Below the pieces are notes generated by a model. The model searched no databases and was not told where the DNA came from. It worked only from the letters and a program-made list of their open reading frames with translations. From positions 64,001 through 128,000 of the forward strand of contig CAVUVW010000010.1 in NCBI GenBank assembly GCA_963745035.1: 64,000 nucleotides of DNA. The letters run 5' to 3'. Position numbers and translations under genes: made by a program. The stretch comes from an uncultured delta proteobacterium. Lineage in GTDB: Bacteria; Desulfobacterota; Binatia; UBA9968. Positions 9,076 to 19,433 of this stretch are shown in pieces; within the stretch, counting starts at the first letter, position 1, and each line of letters starts with the position of its first letter.

Positions 9076-10197
9076 TCAGGCACCAAATCCGTAAAGCCGC
9101 GCGCAGTTGTCCCAGAGATACTTGCGCTTGGTCTGATCGCTGAACGGCAGCTTTAAAAACGTCTCCACCGCGTGCGGAAATTTGACGTCGAGGTGGGGAT
9201 AATCGGTAGAGAACACGATGTTGTCTTCAAGACCGAAGTCGGGGATGTTCTTGGCGACGATCTCATCGCATTCCACCGCGCCCCAGCATTGGCGCTGGAA
9301 ATATTCGAGCGGTTCGAGCTTCATTTCCGGATGCTCCGCGACGCCGGTCAATTCGGCGTACTCGCCCATGCGCCAGAGCAGCCAGGGAATCCACGCGCAG
9401 TTGCCTTCGAGATAGGCCACTTTGAGTTTGGGAAAACGCTCCATCACGCCGCCGTAAATCATATCGGCGCAGGCAAACATGTTGGCCATGGGGAACGACA
9501 GCGTGTTGAACATGGCGAAACTCGGAATGAACTCCGACAGCGCGGGCTGGGGCAGGTACACGCGTCCCGCTTCGTGGAAACCGATGGGAATGCCGAGCTT
9601 CTGGCATTCTTCCCAAAGCGGATTGTAATAGGGATCGCTCCACATGCGGCCGTTGACGTGATTGGGCCGCACCAGCACGCTGCGAAACCCCAGCTCTTTA
9701 ACGACACGGCGAGTTTCTTCGACCGCCGATGAGACGTCGTGCGGCGCGATGATGCCCGCGCCGTACATGCGGTTTGGATCGACTTTGCAGAAATCGTGCA
9801 GCCAATCGTTGTAGGCCCTCGCGATCGCCGCGGCCAATTCCGGATCAAGCCCGTCCACGGCGAGCACGAACAAGCCGCGGCTCGGGTAAAGAATCGCCAC
9901 GTCGAGGCCCTCTTTGTCCATGGCGCGGAGTTGCGCGACGTTGTCGAAGTCGCGCGCCTCTTCTTCGGGATACTTTTCGTTGAGAATGTTTTCGCGGATC
10001 GGTCTCAGCTCGGGATTGGGTTTCGGCGTCGGACGCGGCATGACTTTGCCGTCCACTTGAACGCCGAGGTCGCGCTTGTGGCGATTTAGGCCGACGGGCG
10101 CGCGGTCGGCGAACTTCCTGTCGATATATTTCTGCCACAGATCGCATGGCTCCATGACGTGCATGTCCGAATCCATCGCCCTGAATCCGTTTTTCAT
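9076..10197 (-). CDS. Amidohydrolase_2 family protein
   Basis: MDSDMHVME, LEGNCAWIP, FSTDYPHLD, LWDNCARLY; GGAGG RBS. Confidence 0.9.
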   Translation of the reverse strand: MKNGFRAMDSDMHVMEPCDLWQKYIDRKFADRAPVGLNRHKRDLGVQVDGKVMPRPTPKPNPELRPIRENILNEKYPEEEARDFDNVAQLRAMDKEGLDVAILYPSRGLFVLAVDGLDPELAAAIARAYNDWLHDFCKVDPNRMYGAGIIAPHDVSSAVEETRRVVKELGFRSVLVRPNHVNGRMWSDPYYNPLWEECQKLGIPIGFHEAGRVYLPQPALSEFIPSFAMFNTLSFPMANMFACADMIYGGVMERFPKLKVAYLEGNCAWIPWLLWRMGEYAELTGVAEHPEMKLEPLEYFQRQCWGAVECDEIVAKNIPDFGLEDNIVFSTDYPHLDVKFPHAVETFLKLPFSDQTKRKYLWDNCARLYGFGA

Positions 10198-10410
10198 AAT
10201 GTCCTCCAAGCCGCGACTCGTTCCTTCGAATAACAAAGGGGTGGGGCGGGTGTCAATTCGCGTACCGGGGAGCTAGTCGGAAAGACCCCATCATCGTTCG
10301 AGACTGCCAGCGTGAAGGGATGGAATTTCGTGAAGAGAATGATGCTACTCAGTGACTTTTGGCGTAGGTACATGTTCGCCGCGGGACAGCGAACCGTGGT
10401 TGGCGCCAAG

Positions 10411-11365
10411 TCAGCGACTCGCCTTTGCGAGAAAGCTGAAGTCGAAGACTTGTTCCGCGGAGACCGGCGCGCCTAGCTCGAGGCTTTTTCGCGTGAAATC
10501 GAGAACGCCGTTGATCCAAGCCTGGCTGGGCCGGCCTTCGTCGGCGAGAACCGTTTGATGCCAGTCGAACATTTGTGCCGCAAGGGATTCATCCGGACAT
10601 GCGCAGTTCCTTGGCGATGAACTTAATCGACTCGGCGCGGTTCTGGCGATAGTAGGCGATGCCTCGAAGAGTTGCCGTTACAAACGATTGGATGACCGCG
10701 GGATTGCTTTTTATCAACTCGTCTGTCACTCCCAGGCCGCCGATCGGATAGTGCGGCAGGTAATCGCCGGAAACCGCGAGTTTGTGAAAGCCGTCGCGGT
10801 AGAGCATCAGGCTTCTAGGCGGGCTGAAGATGGCGGCGGAAATTCTACCGGCTTTGAGCGCGAGATGGATATCGTCCTGACGGCCGAGGGCCAGGATCGT
10901 CAGGTCTTTGTCAGGATTCAACGAATTTCGCTCCAGGATGAGGCGGGTGATGTGCTCGAAGGTGCCGCCGCGTGTCGATATGCCGACGAGTTTGCCCTTG
11001 AGCTGCTGGAAATTTTGAATCTTCGGCTCGGAGATCAGATCGAAGGTCGGCTTCGATGTGATGACGGAGACGAGCTTTACCGGCACGCCGCGCGCCGCGG
11101 CGGCCAGAATCGATCCCGACGCTGTGGAAAACTCCACTGAGTTGCCGAGCACGGCGCGCACGCCCAACGCACCGGCGATCAGGATAATCTCGACCTCCAA
11201 TCCTTCTTTTTGATAGAAGCCTTTGGCTTGCGCCATCTTCAACGGCAAGGTGACGATATCGACGGTAGGAATCGCCAGGCGGACTTTCTTGAGCTGAGCG
11301 AAGCCTGGGCTAGCACTCAGCAATAAGCAGAGGAAGATGATTACGCTTGCGATCGCTCTCAACAT
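10411..11365 (-). CDS. ABC substrate-binding protein, SsuA/THI5/NMT1-like (frameshift near 10590)
   Basis: Signal peptide, GFYQKEGLEVE, LKGKLVGIS; C-terminus continues in another frame to AEQVFDFSFLAKASR*. Confidence 0.85.
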
Positions 11366-11377
11366 ACAGAATCACTC

Positions 11378-13000
11378 CTACGAAACTGCACCGCGGACTT
11401 TATCGATGATCGCGGCGGCGTTTTCGGGTAGCGCATCACCACGCCAGGCGACGTGACCGTCGGGCCGGATGAGGACAAAGTCGCGCTCATACGCTGCGCG
11501 CACGCCTGGTTCATCGAGGGTTATGAATTCCAGGGGCAAGCCAATCGCGCTCGCGACATTCGCTATCCTCGTCGTACCCGCGTTCTTGCCTGATAGGTTC
11601 AGCAACGTGAAGCCTTTGCCGAACAGGTCCAAGGTCGAGCGGCCATCTTTGAGCCAAGCATGCGGCGCGCGCACACCCGGCCACGTGGAAGCTGCATAGA
11701 GACCGTGATCGAGTGGCGGCGCCGGCGTGCCGTCGCTGACGCAAATCGGCGAGTTCTCGTAGCGGTAACCCAGCTCGATGCCAGCCGAGTCGTGCTGGAA
11801 TTCCTTGGCGCGCGTGCGCATGGTCGCCGCGCGGGCTTTTTCGCGCAGTTGCTTGCCGGTCTCTGTGTCGTCTTCGATCTGCGGCGAAAAAGGCGTTTGA
11901 TTGTCGAAGTTGGCGCGCATCTCGGCGGCTTCGTTGACGTTGATCATCGCGATCGGTTTGCGCTCGGCCGTGTAGCTATCGAGCAAATGGGCGCCGCCCC
12001 ATCCGTGAAGCACCGCCGCGAGCTTCCAGCCGATATCTACTGCATCGCCGACTCCTGTGTTCATGCCGAAACCGCCGGCCGGCCAGTTGAGATGCGCGGC
12101 GTCGCCGGCGAGGAACACGCGACCGTCTTGATAGCGCTCGGCCACGACGCAGTGGCCGGTCCACGGGCGCACGGCGAGGAGCTCGAAGGGAATGCTTTCG
12201 CCGAGGGCGTAGCGGATTTTCTGCGGCGCATCGAAGACATCGAGCTCTTCCTGCTTGACGTTGCGCACGTTCAAGCGCCACAACTCTTTGCCGTCAACCG
12301 CCGCGATGGCGCCGTTGATTTGTGAATTGATGATTTGATACTGGACCGCCGGACCGTGCTTGGTGTACTCGAGCAACGGCGAGCGGAACAGCACCGCCAC
12401 GTTCATGCCCTGGGAAAAGACGCCTTGGTATTTTATGTCCAGGGCGCGGCGAATGTTACTCCGGCCGCCGTCGCAGCCGACCAGGTAGTCTGCTTCGATG
12501 ATTTCTTTCCGTCCGGTTTTCTTATCGAGGATTTCGGCTTTGACCGATTGGCCGGGTTGGTCAAACGACTCGAAAGATGTTTCGTAACGGATCCTGACCT
12601 GCGGCAACGACTGGGCGTGAGCGCGCAGCACCGGATCGAAGTAAGGCTTGGAAATCCACAGGCGGCCCTCCGGACTGAAAGGCGAGCGCGCGGCGGGATC
12701 ACCGTTGGATGGGTGATCGAAGCGCGCGATCTCATAGCCGGTCATGCGCGTGACGAAAAGATAGTTGCGCGGGTAGTCGGTCGGGTAGCCGGATTCGTAG
12801 CGCATCTTGTCCGCAATACCCCAGCGGCGCAGGTGCTCGCAGGTGCGGGTATTGGCGAGATTAGTGGTCGGAAACTCGACGGTACCGTCGCTCTGCTCGA
12901 CGACGAGAGACTGTATGCCGCGATAGGCCAGCTCGATGGCCAGCGACAAACCCACAGGTCCCGCGCCGGCGATGAGAACGGGGTAGTGGTTGGAGGTCAT
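11378..13000 (-). CDS. FAD-dependent aromatic monooxygenase (PheA/TfdB/RdmE-like)
   Basis: GAGPVGL, GCDGGRS, RVFLAGDAAH, GGFGMNTG, C-terminal RAPHAWL...LIRPDGHVAWRG. Confidence 0.9.
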   Translation of the reverse strand: MTSNHYPVLIAGAGPVGLSLAIELAYRGIQSLVVEQSDGTVEFPTTNLANTRTCEHLRRWGIADKMRYESGYPTDYPRNYLFVTRMTGYEIARFDHPSNGDPAARSPFSPEGRLWISKPYFDPVLRAHAQSLPQVRIRYETSFESFDQPGQSVKAEILDKKTGRKEIIEADYLVGCDGGRSNIRRALDIKYQGVFSQGMNVAVLFRSPLLEYTKHGPAVQYQIINSQINGAIAAVDGKELWRLNVRNVKQEELDVFDAPQKIRYALGESIPFELLAVRPWTGHCVVAERYQDGRVFLAGDAAHLNWPAGGFGMNTGVGDAVDIGWKLAAVLHGWGGAHLLDSYTAERKPIAMINVNEAAEMRANFDNQTPFSPQIEDDTETGKQLREKARAATMRTRAKEFQHDSAGIELGYRYENSPICVSDGTPAPPLDHGLYAASTWPGVRAPHAWLKDGRSTLDLFGKGFTLLNLSGKNAGTTRIANVASAIGLPLEFITLDEPGVRAAYERDFVLIRPDGHVAWRGDALPENAAAIIDKVRGAVS

Positions 13001-13047
13001 CGATTCACCGGGGCGATTACGACCGGGATCAGATGCGCTCCATGGTT

Positions 13048-13125
13048 TGTCATCCCGAACGAATGTGAGGGATCTATTCTTTGCTTCGTACAAAAGAAAG
13101 ATTTCTCGCTCTGCTCGAAATGACA
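13048..13125. repeat. TGTCAT...AGAT..ATGACA palindromic element
   Basis: tgtcatcccgaacgaatgtgagggatct ... agatttctcgctctgctcgaaatgaca. Confidence 0.7.
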
Positions 13126-13157
13126 CCGCAAGTACATGCCGATGACTCCTTCGTTCA

Positions 13158-14114
13158 TCACCGCACAGCCTTCTGCACGAAGCTGAAATCGAAAACTTGC
13201 TTCGTTGGAATCTCTTTTTCTGCCCCGCCGAGACTTTTCTGGGTAAAGTCGATAGCGCCTTTCATCCACGCGTCATCCGCTGAACCGTTCGCGGGCAGGC
13301 GGCTCAAGTAGAGTTCGAAGAACTGCTCGCTCAAAGCTTGATCCTTGATGTGGAAATAGTCCGAAAGGATTTTCATCGCTTCGGCGCGATTCTGGCGGGC
13401 GAATTGAAGGCCGCGCACGCTGCCTTTGACGAACGCAAGCACGTCATTGGGAGCGGTTTTGATTTTTTCATCTGTCACGCCGATGCCGCCGCTCGGATAG
13501 GACGGCATGTAGTCACCGGAGTAGGCGATACGGTTGAAGCCCTCGCGCTGCAGGATCAAAGGACGGGGCGGCGTAAGCAAAGCGGCGGCGATGCGTCCGG
13601 CGCGCAGCGCAAGCACGGTGTCTTCCTGGCCGCCGACGACCAGGCTGACCACGTCTTTGTTCGGAATCAAGCCATTTTTCTGCACGATCAACTGCGTGAG
13701 CAGATCGACCGCGCCGCCGCGCGAAGAAATGCCGACGTGTTTGCCCTTCAGGTCCGCTACGGACTTGATTTGAGGCTGCGCGATCAAATCGAATTGCGGC
13801 TTGGCGGAAGCGATAAAGACGAGCTTGACCGGGATGCCGCGGACCGCAGCGGCGATCGTCGAGCCGGAAGCGGAGGTGTAATCCACCGAGCCGCCGAGCA
13901 GCGCCTGCATGCCCACGGCTCCGCGAATCAGGATCACTTCGACATCGAGGCCTTCATCTTTGTAGAAACCTTTGATGTTGGCGATGCGAAACGGGACTTC
14001 GGCAATGGACGCCGCGCTGACCGAAAAGCGCACCTTCTTAAGTTGCGCGGAGCCGGGTGAAATACTTGCGAGTAGAAAAATTGCCGTGAAGAAAGCGAAG
14101 GAGCCGAGTCTCAT
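13158..14114 (-). CDS. ABC substrate-binding protein, SsuA/THI5/NMT1-like
   Basis: Signal peptide, GFYKDEGLDVE, LKGKHVGISSRGG; close paralog of 10411-11365. Confidence 0.9.
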   Translation of the reverse strand: MRLGSFAFFTAIFLLASISPGSAQLKKVRFSVSAASIAEVPFRIANIKGFYKDEGLDVEVILIRGAVGMQALLGGSVDYTSASGSTIAAAVRGIPVKLVFIASAKPQFDLIAQPQIKSVADLKGKHVGISSRGGAVDLLTQLIVQKNGLIPNKDVVSLVVGGQEDTVLALRAGRIAAALLTPPRPLILQREGFNRIAYSGDYMPSYPSGGIGVTDEKIKTAPNDVLAFVKGSVRGLQFARQNRAEAMKILSDYFHIKDQALSEQFFELYLSRLPANGSADDAWMKGAIDFTQKSLGGAEKEIPTKQVFDFSFVQKAVR

Positions 14115-14200
14115 GGGTGAACCTCCCCGGCAAGTAAACACGCGGTCAGGATTGCTGTCAACATAGTGAGTGAGCGCTAGCGGCTAAGTTGGATCAAGAG

Positions 14201-14229
14201 AAAGATTTCTCGCGGTGCTCGAAATGACA
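14201..14229. repeat. Half palindromic element, direct repeat of 13097-13125
   Basis: aaagatttctcgcggtgctcgaaatgaca vs aaagatttctcgctctgctcgaaatgaca (27/29 identical). Confidence 0.75.
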
Positions 14230-14304
14230 ACCATCTCCTGTCAGAACGGACGGGGAGCGCCTTGACGGACTTACAGCGCTGGCATATGGAGGTTGTACGC
14301 TGCC

Positions 14305-15300
14305 ATGAAGATAGGTGAAGGTCTCGTCCTCTTCGCGCTGCTGCAATGTCTGCTCGAATCCGTGGCAGCGGCGCAGGCGCCGCAGAAAATTCGCATCGGC
14401 TATCCATCGATCAGCTCGCGTCAGGCGCAGCTCTGGATTGCCAAGGATGAAGGCATCTTTCGCAAGTACGGTCTCGACGTCGAGCTGATTTTCCTGCGCG
14501 GTGGGCAGGTGGCAATCCAGGCACTCACTGGCGGCGACCCGCCGCTCGTCACCATCGGCAACGTCATCATCGCCGGGCTGCAGGGGCACGATATCGTACT
14601 CGTCGGCTCCGTGGAAAATTCATACGATCAGACGGTGATGGCGCGGGCCGGCACCGTGGCGCGGATGGAGCAGCTCAAGGGCAAACGCTTCGGCATCAGC
14701 GGCTTCGGATCGGCGACACACAACGCCGCGCTGATTCTGTTCAAGAAATTCAATCTCGAGCCGAACAAAGATGTGCTGTTCGTGCCGACCGGCACGGGGC
14801 CGGAGCGGTTGGCCGCCATGGGCGCGGGCAGGATCGATGCGACGTTCTTCAATCCTTCGGAGGTGCCGCAAGCGTTAAAAGCAGGCTTCGTCGAAGTCAT
14901 TCAAATGGCGGACATCGGTTTCGAAGTGCAGGGCAGCGGCTTGGCGACTTCGCGGAGCTATATTAAAGCGCATCGGGAGACCGTCAAGTCGGCCCTCAAG
15001 GCGTACGTCGAAGGAATCTATTACGTTTTTGCGAACAAAGCTGCGACCGTCAAGAGTCTCGCGCGCTACATGCGCACGAACGATCAAGAAGTGCTCGAGT
15101 ATTCCTACCAGCACTATCTGAAACGCACGCCGAAAAAGCCGTACCCGACGATGAAAGGAATTCAGAATTTGATCGACATGTCGGCGCCACAGATCCCGCA
15201 GGCGAAGAGCGCCAAGCCCGAGCAATTCGTCGACTTGAGTTTTCTTCAGGAACTAGAGGCAGAAAAGTTTTTTGACGAGATGGCGAGGCGCTACAAATGA
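14305..15300 (+). CDS. ABC substrate-binding protein, SsuA/THI5/NMT1-like
   Basis: Signal peptide, GIFRKYGLDVELI, LKGKRFGISGFGS, KPEQFVDLSFL. Confidence 0.9.
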   Translation: MKIGEGLVLFALLQCLLESVAAAQAPQKIRIGYPSISSRQAQLWIAKDEGIFRKYGLDVELIFLRGGQVAIQALTGGDPPLVTIGNVIIAGLQGHDIVLVGSVENSYDQTVMARAGTVARMEQLKGKRFGISGFGSATHNAALILFKKFNLEPNKDVLFVPTGTGPERLAAMGAGRIDATFFNPSEVPQALKAGFVEVIQMADIGFEVQGSGLATSRSYIKAHRETVKSALKAYVEGIYYVFANKAATVKSLARYMRTNDQEVLEYSYQHYLKRTPKKPYPTMKGIQNLIDMSAPQIPQAKSAKPEQFVDLSFLQELEAEKFFDEMARRYK

Positions 15301-15333
15301 CGGCGGCAATCGATTAGCAAAGAGGTGCAAGCG

Positions 15334-16264
15334 ATGATCATCGATACTCACTTTCACGCCTTCCCGGGTAAATTCCTCGATCTCGTCCCAGACGCGCAAA
15401 ACGATGTGCGGGGCGTGGGGTTCCACGCCTTCGACCATAACGAGTACCTCAATACCATGGACAAGTACGAGATCGATATCGGTGTGCTCTCGAACACCGG
15501 CGGGCGGATCGAAAAGGCGGGAAACAAGGGCCGGGCTCTGGAGCTTTGCCGCATATTGAACGACTCCTTCGCCGACGCCCATGCCAAGCACCCCAAACGC
15601 TTCATGGCGTTTGCTCGTTTGCCCATGGTCGACATGGACGACTGCGTGCACGAGCTCGAACGCTGCTACAAGGATCTCAAGATGCACGGCGTCATGATGC
15701 CGACCAACGTGGCGGGAAAATATATTGACGAGCCCGAGTTCGAGCCATTCTGGAAAGCGCTCGCAGCGGGTCGGCAAACCGCTGTTTCTCCATCCGTGCA
15801 ACGCACCGTGCCAAGCGAACTGGGACAAGTATTCATTGCATCAAAAGATTCTTTGGCCGACCGACAGCACTTTGGCGATCTCACGCATCGTCTACGCGGG
15901 CGTCTTGGATCGTTATCCCGATCTCAAACTGATCGGCTCGCACCTGGGCGGCATGATTCTGCTTTATCTGGATCGCCTCAACTGGCGCGAAGGCAATCCG
16001 GTTTGCAAGCAGGAGCCCGAGTTCTATTTCAAGAAAATGTACTACGACACCGCCGGACCGATTCGCGCGGCGTTCATCAAGCTCGTCTACGACACGGTCG
16101 GCGCCGACCAGATTCTTTTTGGCGCCGACTATCCGCACGGCCGCGGCGGGCGCGACGATCAATTCTATCCGATGACTTTGAAGGAAATGGAACTGCTGGA
16201 CATTCCAAAGGGCGACAAGGAGAAGATTTATTCGCTCAACGCCAAAAAGCTTTTCGGAATATGA
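15334..16264 (+). CDS. Amidohydrolase_2 family (ACMSD/decarboxylase-like), frameshift near 15770
   Basis: IIDTHFH ... PLFLHP ... SHLGG ... YYDTA ... LFGADYPH ... NAKKLF across ORFs 15325 and 15725. Confidence 0.85.
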
Positions 16265-16274
16265 TTTAGAGTCT

Positions 16275-16310
16275 CGTTCAAGCCGTTCAAATCGTTCAAG
16301 ACGTTCAAAC
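16275..16310. repeat. 4 x 9-nt tandem repeat CGTTCAANN
   Basis: cgttcaagc cgttcaaat cgttcaaga cgttcaaac. Confidence 0.8.
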
Positions 16311-16343
16311 CGCTTGTGGGAGCGCTTCGCCGGTTCTAAGTCT

Positions 16344-16374
16344 GTCATTCCCGCATTTTTTGACGGGAATCCAG
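16344..16374. repeat. REP-like palindrome GTCATTCCCGC..CGGGAATCCAG
   Basis: gtcattcccgcattttttgacgggaatccag. Confidence 0.7.
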
Positions 16375-16422
16375 GTTCTCTTAGATTTGAATTCCGAATA
16401 GATGCACATTGTCGGAGGTTAA

Positions 16423-17062
16423 ATGGCCATCGTGCAGAGTCATGTCGTGCCGAAGAATTCTGGCGCGGCGTTCGAAATAAAAAAAGGGCAACGGTTGAGA
16501 ATCGCCGGCAGGAGCATCGTCGATTTCGTGGCGTTTAACCTGCACGATTTGAGCGAAAGGTTCGATCAGGCGCGGACGAAGACCAATCAGGTCAAGATTT
16601 TTGTTAGCACCGGAGATATTCTCTATTCAAAGCGCAATAATCCGATGTTGACGATCGTTGAAGATACCTTCAAAGAGGGGCGCCACGATTTGCAAAAAGG
16701 CATGTGCAGCCGCAAACGCTTTCAGATGGTCGCCGAGGGACAGTCGAAGAGAGTCTTTGCGGAGGGCGTCGATATCAATCCGAAGAAGGCGGAGGACATT
16801 CCGGATCACGGCTGCTGGGAAAATTTGAGTGATGCGCGTGAAGCCTTGGAATATCTTGCCCGACGACGTGCCGAGTCCATTCAATATCTTCCAGTGCATG
16901 CGCATCGATCCGGAGACGGGAATCATGTACGACACGATGATCCGCCCGAAAGACGAAGCCCACGTCGACTTCAGGGCCGAGATGGATTTGCTCGTCGCGG
17001 CGAGCGCCTGTCCGGAGTCAGGCAGGGGACAGGCGATTCGCGTGGAGATCTACGACGATTGA
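16423..17062 (+). CDS. DUF1989 (urea carboxylase-associated/CgdAB-like) protein, frameshift near 16835
   Basis: HDLQKGMCS, HGCWENL, PSPFNIF, FRAEMDLLVAASACP across ORFs 16423 and 16829. Confidence 0.85.
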
Positions 17063-17146
17063 GGATTGGATCTAACGCCAAGAACCCCAGAAACGCACTT
17101 GAGCCCGTTTAGGTAAAACGGCCGGGAGGATCGTGTTGAGCTTGGG

Positions 17147-17240
17147 CTGTCATCCTGAGGAGAGTCGAGCGACGAAGGATCTGTTTTTGAGCTGATTATT
17201 TTCAGTCAAAGCAGATGCTTCACTTCGTTCAGGATGACAG
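17147..17240. repeat. Palindromic element with 12-bp perfect terminal inverted repeat
   Basis: ctgtcatcctga ... gaaggatct ... agatgcttc ... tcaggatgacag. Confidence 0.8.
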
Positions 17241-17269
17241 TAGAGAAGCTCTCTAGCCTAGAAGTGAAA

Positions 17270-18091
17270 TCATGCCGATACTTGGAACTTCAGCAGCTCC
17301 CTAGCGGCCTTGTTATAGGCGTCGACACACGCCGCCTCGGACTTCTCCTTCGGCGGTGCGATGATGCGCGCGCGGGCCGAGAACTGCACCGGGCTCACAT
17401 CGAAAGGAAACGGGTCCATGATCGCCGATCCGGAGCCGTTGGGGCGAATGCTCAATCGCACGGTCTCGTCACTGTCGTATGACACGCGCACGGGCGCGAT
17501 TCCGTATTCCTTGAACTGATTATCCGCGGTGTAGCCGTCGCAGCAGAAGTAGAGCGAAAGCAAGTCGAAGATTTGCAGCGCCATGTAGTTGTACGCGAGC
17601 TCGTTTTCGAACTTGGGATTGTTCGCCGCCAGGGATTTTTTCATGGTTTCTTGCTTTGCTTCCAATTCTTTCTTGGCGTTTTGCACGGCTTGACTACGCT
17701 CGCGCAAGCGGCCGCCCGGCTCGGTGAAAATGTTGTAGCGGTTATGCCACAGCCCGGTGCGGTGCATGGAAACGAGCAGACCGGCGTAAGGGTCCTGCGA
17801 GCTCAACCAATCGACATTTTTCGCGTATGCCTTGAGCTCGATCGCTTCGAAGTTGGGCACGTCTTCGCGATGCGCATAGGGTCGGCCTTTCTCCACGTTC
17901 ATCGGCGGCTTGCCTTCCCACTCGCGATAGCCGCTGTCGTGATAGGTGGTGGCAAAGACCATGGTTTGATAAGGCCGCAGCCTGGAGAAACGATCATTGC
18001 CCCAGTGAGCGGCGAACTGGGCCGATAGCTCGGCATGATCTTCTTGGAGACTCACATAGCAGCGTCCGTCTTTGAGTTCGCGTATGACCAT
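17270..18091 (-). CDS. DUF3891 family protein (HD-like)
   Basis: QEDHAELSAQFAAHW, HDSGY.EWE, LLVSMH, DLLSLYFC, PFPF. Confidence 0.75.
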   Translation of the reverse strand: MVIRELKDGRCYVSLQEDHAELSAQFAAHWGNDRFSRLRPYQTMVFATTYHDSGYREWEGKPPMNVEKGRPYAHREDVPNFEAIELKAYAKNVDWLSSQDPYAGLLVSMHRTGLWHNRYNIFTEPGGRLRERSQAVQNAKKELEAKQETMKKSLAANNPKFENELAYNYMALQIFDLLSLYFCCDGYTADNQFKEYGIAPVRVSYDSDETVRLSIRPNGSGSAIMDPFPFDVSPVQFSARARIIAPPKEKSEAACVDAYNKAARELLKFQVSA

Positions 18092-18232
18092 TTTCGCCTC
18101 CTTAGTTACTGTGTGTTCAGAGTATGGTGCGCGGCAACTTCCGGCGGCTCGTGGTGTGGAAGAGAACTCACGGCCGAGGCGCGGAGTACGCCGAGAGAAA
18201 AGCTCGTCATCTAGAAAATCAGCTCCTTGTGA

Positions 18233-19285
18233 CTAAATGCGTTTGGGTACGTCTTCTACGCCAAGCTCGGCGGCGAGCTGCGTTAGCTCAGACCAGGTCT
18301 CTTCGTCGATCTCCACACCGCTTTCAAGTTGCGCCGCTTCGCGGCGCCTGCCGGATTCGCCCGGTAAAAGAATTTCGCTGAAACCCGGCGCGCGCGGGCT
18401 CGACTTGATGAACTCGATGAACTCTTCGACCTTATCATAAAAGGACTCGAGCGGTTGAAATTCCTCGACGGCGAAGGCCTGGAGAAAAACTCCGTTTACG
18501 CCATGGCCGCCGTTGTTCCACCATTGCTTTCCCGCGCCGGTGCCGGATAGCAGGCCGCCGAGCATCTCGGTGATGAGCGCGACGCCCGAGCCTTTGTAGC
18601 CGCCGAAGGGCAGGAAGACGCCGCGCGGCGGGCCGCGGAATTTTTTGAAATCGTTGGTCGGCTTGCCGTTGCCGTCAAGGAGAGTGCCGTCCGGAATGGT
18701 TTCGTTCCTTGCGACTCGTTTTTGGATTTCGCCCATGCTCATGGAAGCGGTCGCGAAGTCGAGGATGATGGGCTTGCCGCTGCGCGTCGGGATGCCGAAG
18801 GCCATCGGATTGGTGCCGGTGATCGGTTTCATGCCACCGTAAAGCGTCGTCGTTGGCGAGCCGACGCTTACGGCGCCCATGCCGATCAGTCCCTCATCTG
18901 TCGCCATTTCCATGTAGTCGGCCAGCCGCCCGGTGTGACCGGCGCGCCGCAGGCAAACGATGCCCGCGCCATGCTCTTTGGCTTTCTTGATGGCAATCTG
19001 CATGGCCATGTTCGCCGCGACCTGGCCGATGTAATGCTTGCCGTCCACGACGGCGGTGACTTTGCCTTCGCGCTCGACTGCAGGCCTGGCGCTGAGATCG
19101 TAAGTCTTGTTCCTGATGAACTGGAGATACTGCTCCACCCGAGTGCAGCCATGACCGGCGTAGCCGCGCAGTTCGGCTTTCACCAGCAGCCCTGCCACCA
19201 AATCGGCATCACCCGAAGGCACGCCGCCGGCATTCAGTAGTCGCCTGCAGAAATCTTTAAGTTGTTTGTGATCGACTTTCGGCAT
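18233..19285 (-). CDS. Ldh_2 family oxidoreductase (malate/L-lactate/ureidoglycolate dehydrogenase-like)
   Basis: AELRGYAGHG, HTGRLA, GTNPMAFG, LDFATA, LPFGGYKGSG, LLPGE. Confidence 0.9.
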   Translation of the reverse strand: MPKVDHKQLKDFCRRLLNAGGVPSGDADLVAGLLVKAELRGYAGHGCTRVEQYLQFIRNKTYDLSARPAVEREGKVTAVVDGKHYIGQVAANMAMQIAIKKAKEHGAGIVCLRRAGHTGRLADYMEMATDEGLIGMGAVSVGSPTTTLYGGMKPITGTNPMAFGIPTRSGKPIILDFATASMSMGEIQKRVARNETIPDGTLLDGNGKPTNDFKKFRGPPRGVFLPFGGYKGSGVALITEMLGGLLSGTGAGKQWWNNGGHGVNGVFLQAFAVEEFQPLESFYDKVEEFIEFIKSSPRAPGFSEILLPGESGRRREAAQLESGVEIDEETWSELTQLAAELGVEDVPKRI

Positions 19286-19319
19286 GTTGGTTTAGGTCAA
19301 AAGATTGGGTTGCATATTT

Positions 19320-19386
19320 ACCGCGGAGACGCAGAGGACGCGGAGGAGAGACACAAACTCTGCGAGCTCAGCGCCTCTGCGGTGAA
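19320..19386. repeat. Inverted 9-nt tandem repeats (CGCAGAG/CGCGGAG ... CTCTGCG)
   Basis: accgcggagacgcagaggacgcggagg ... ctctgcgagctcagcgcctctgcggtgaa; related units at about 18168-18197 and 61897-61920. Confidence 0.7.
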
Positions 19387-19433
19387 CCTTTCTCTTCTAT
19401 TTGATCGTGCTTTGCGCGCGTTGATGCTGCGAG

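Noticed and set aside
14279-14298. Possible sigma54 promoter TGGCAT...TTG
   Set aside because: The GG-N10-GC spacing is not met; the segment is better explained as the RBS region of the SBP gene
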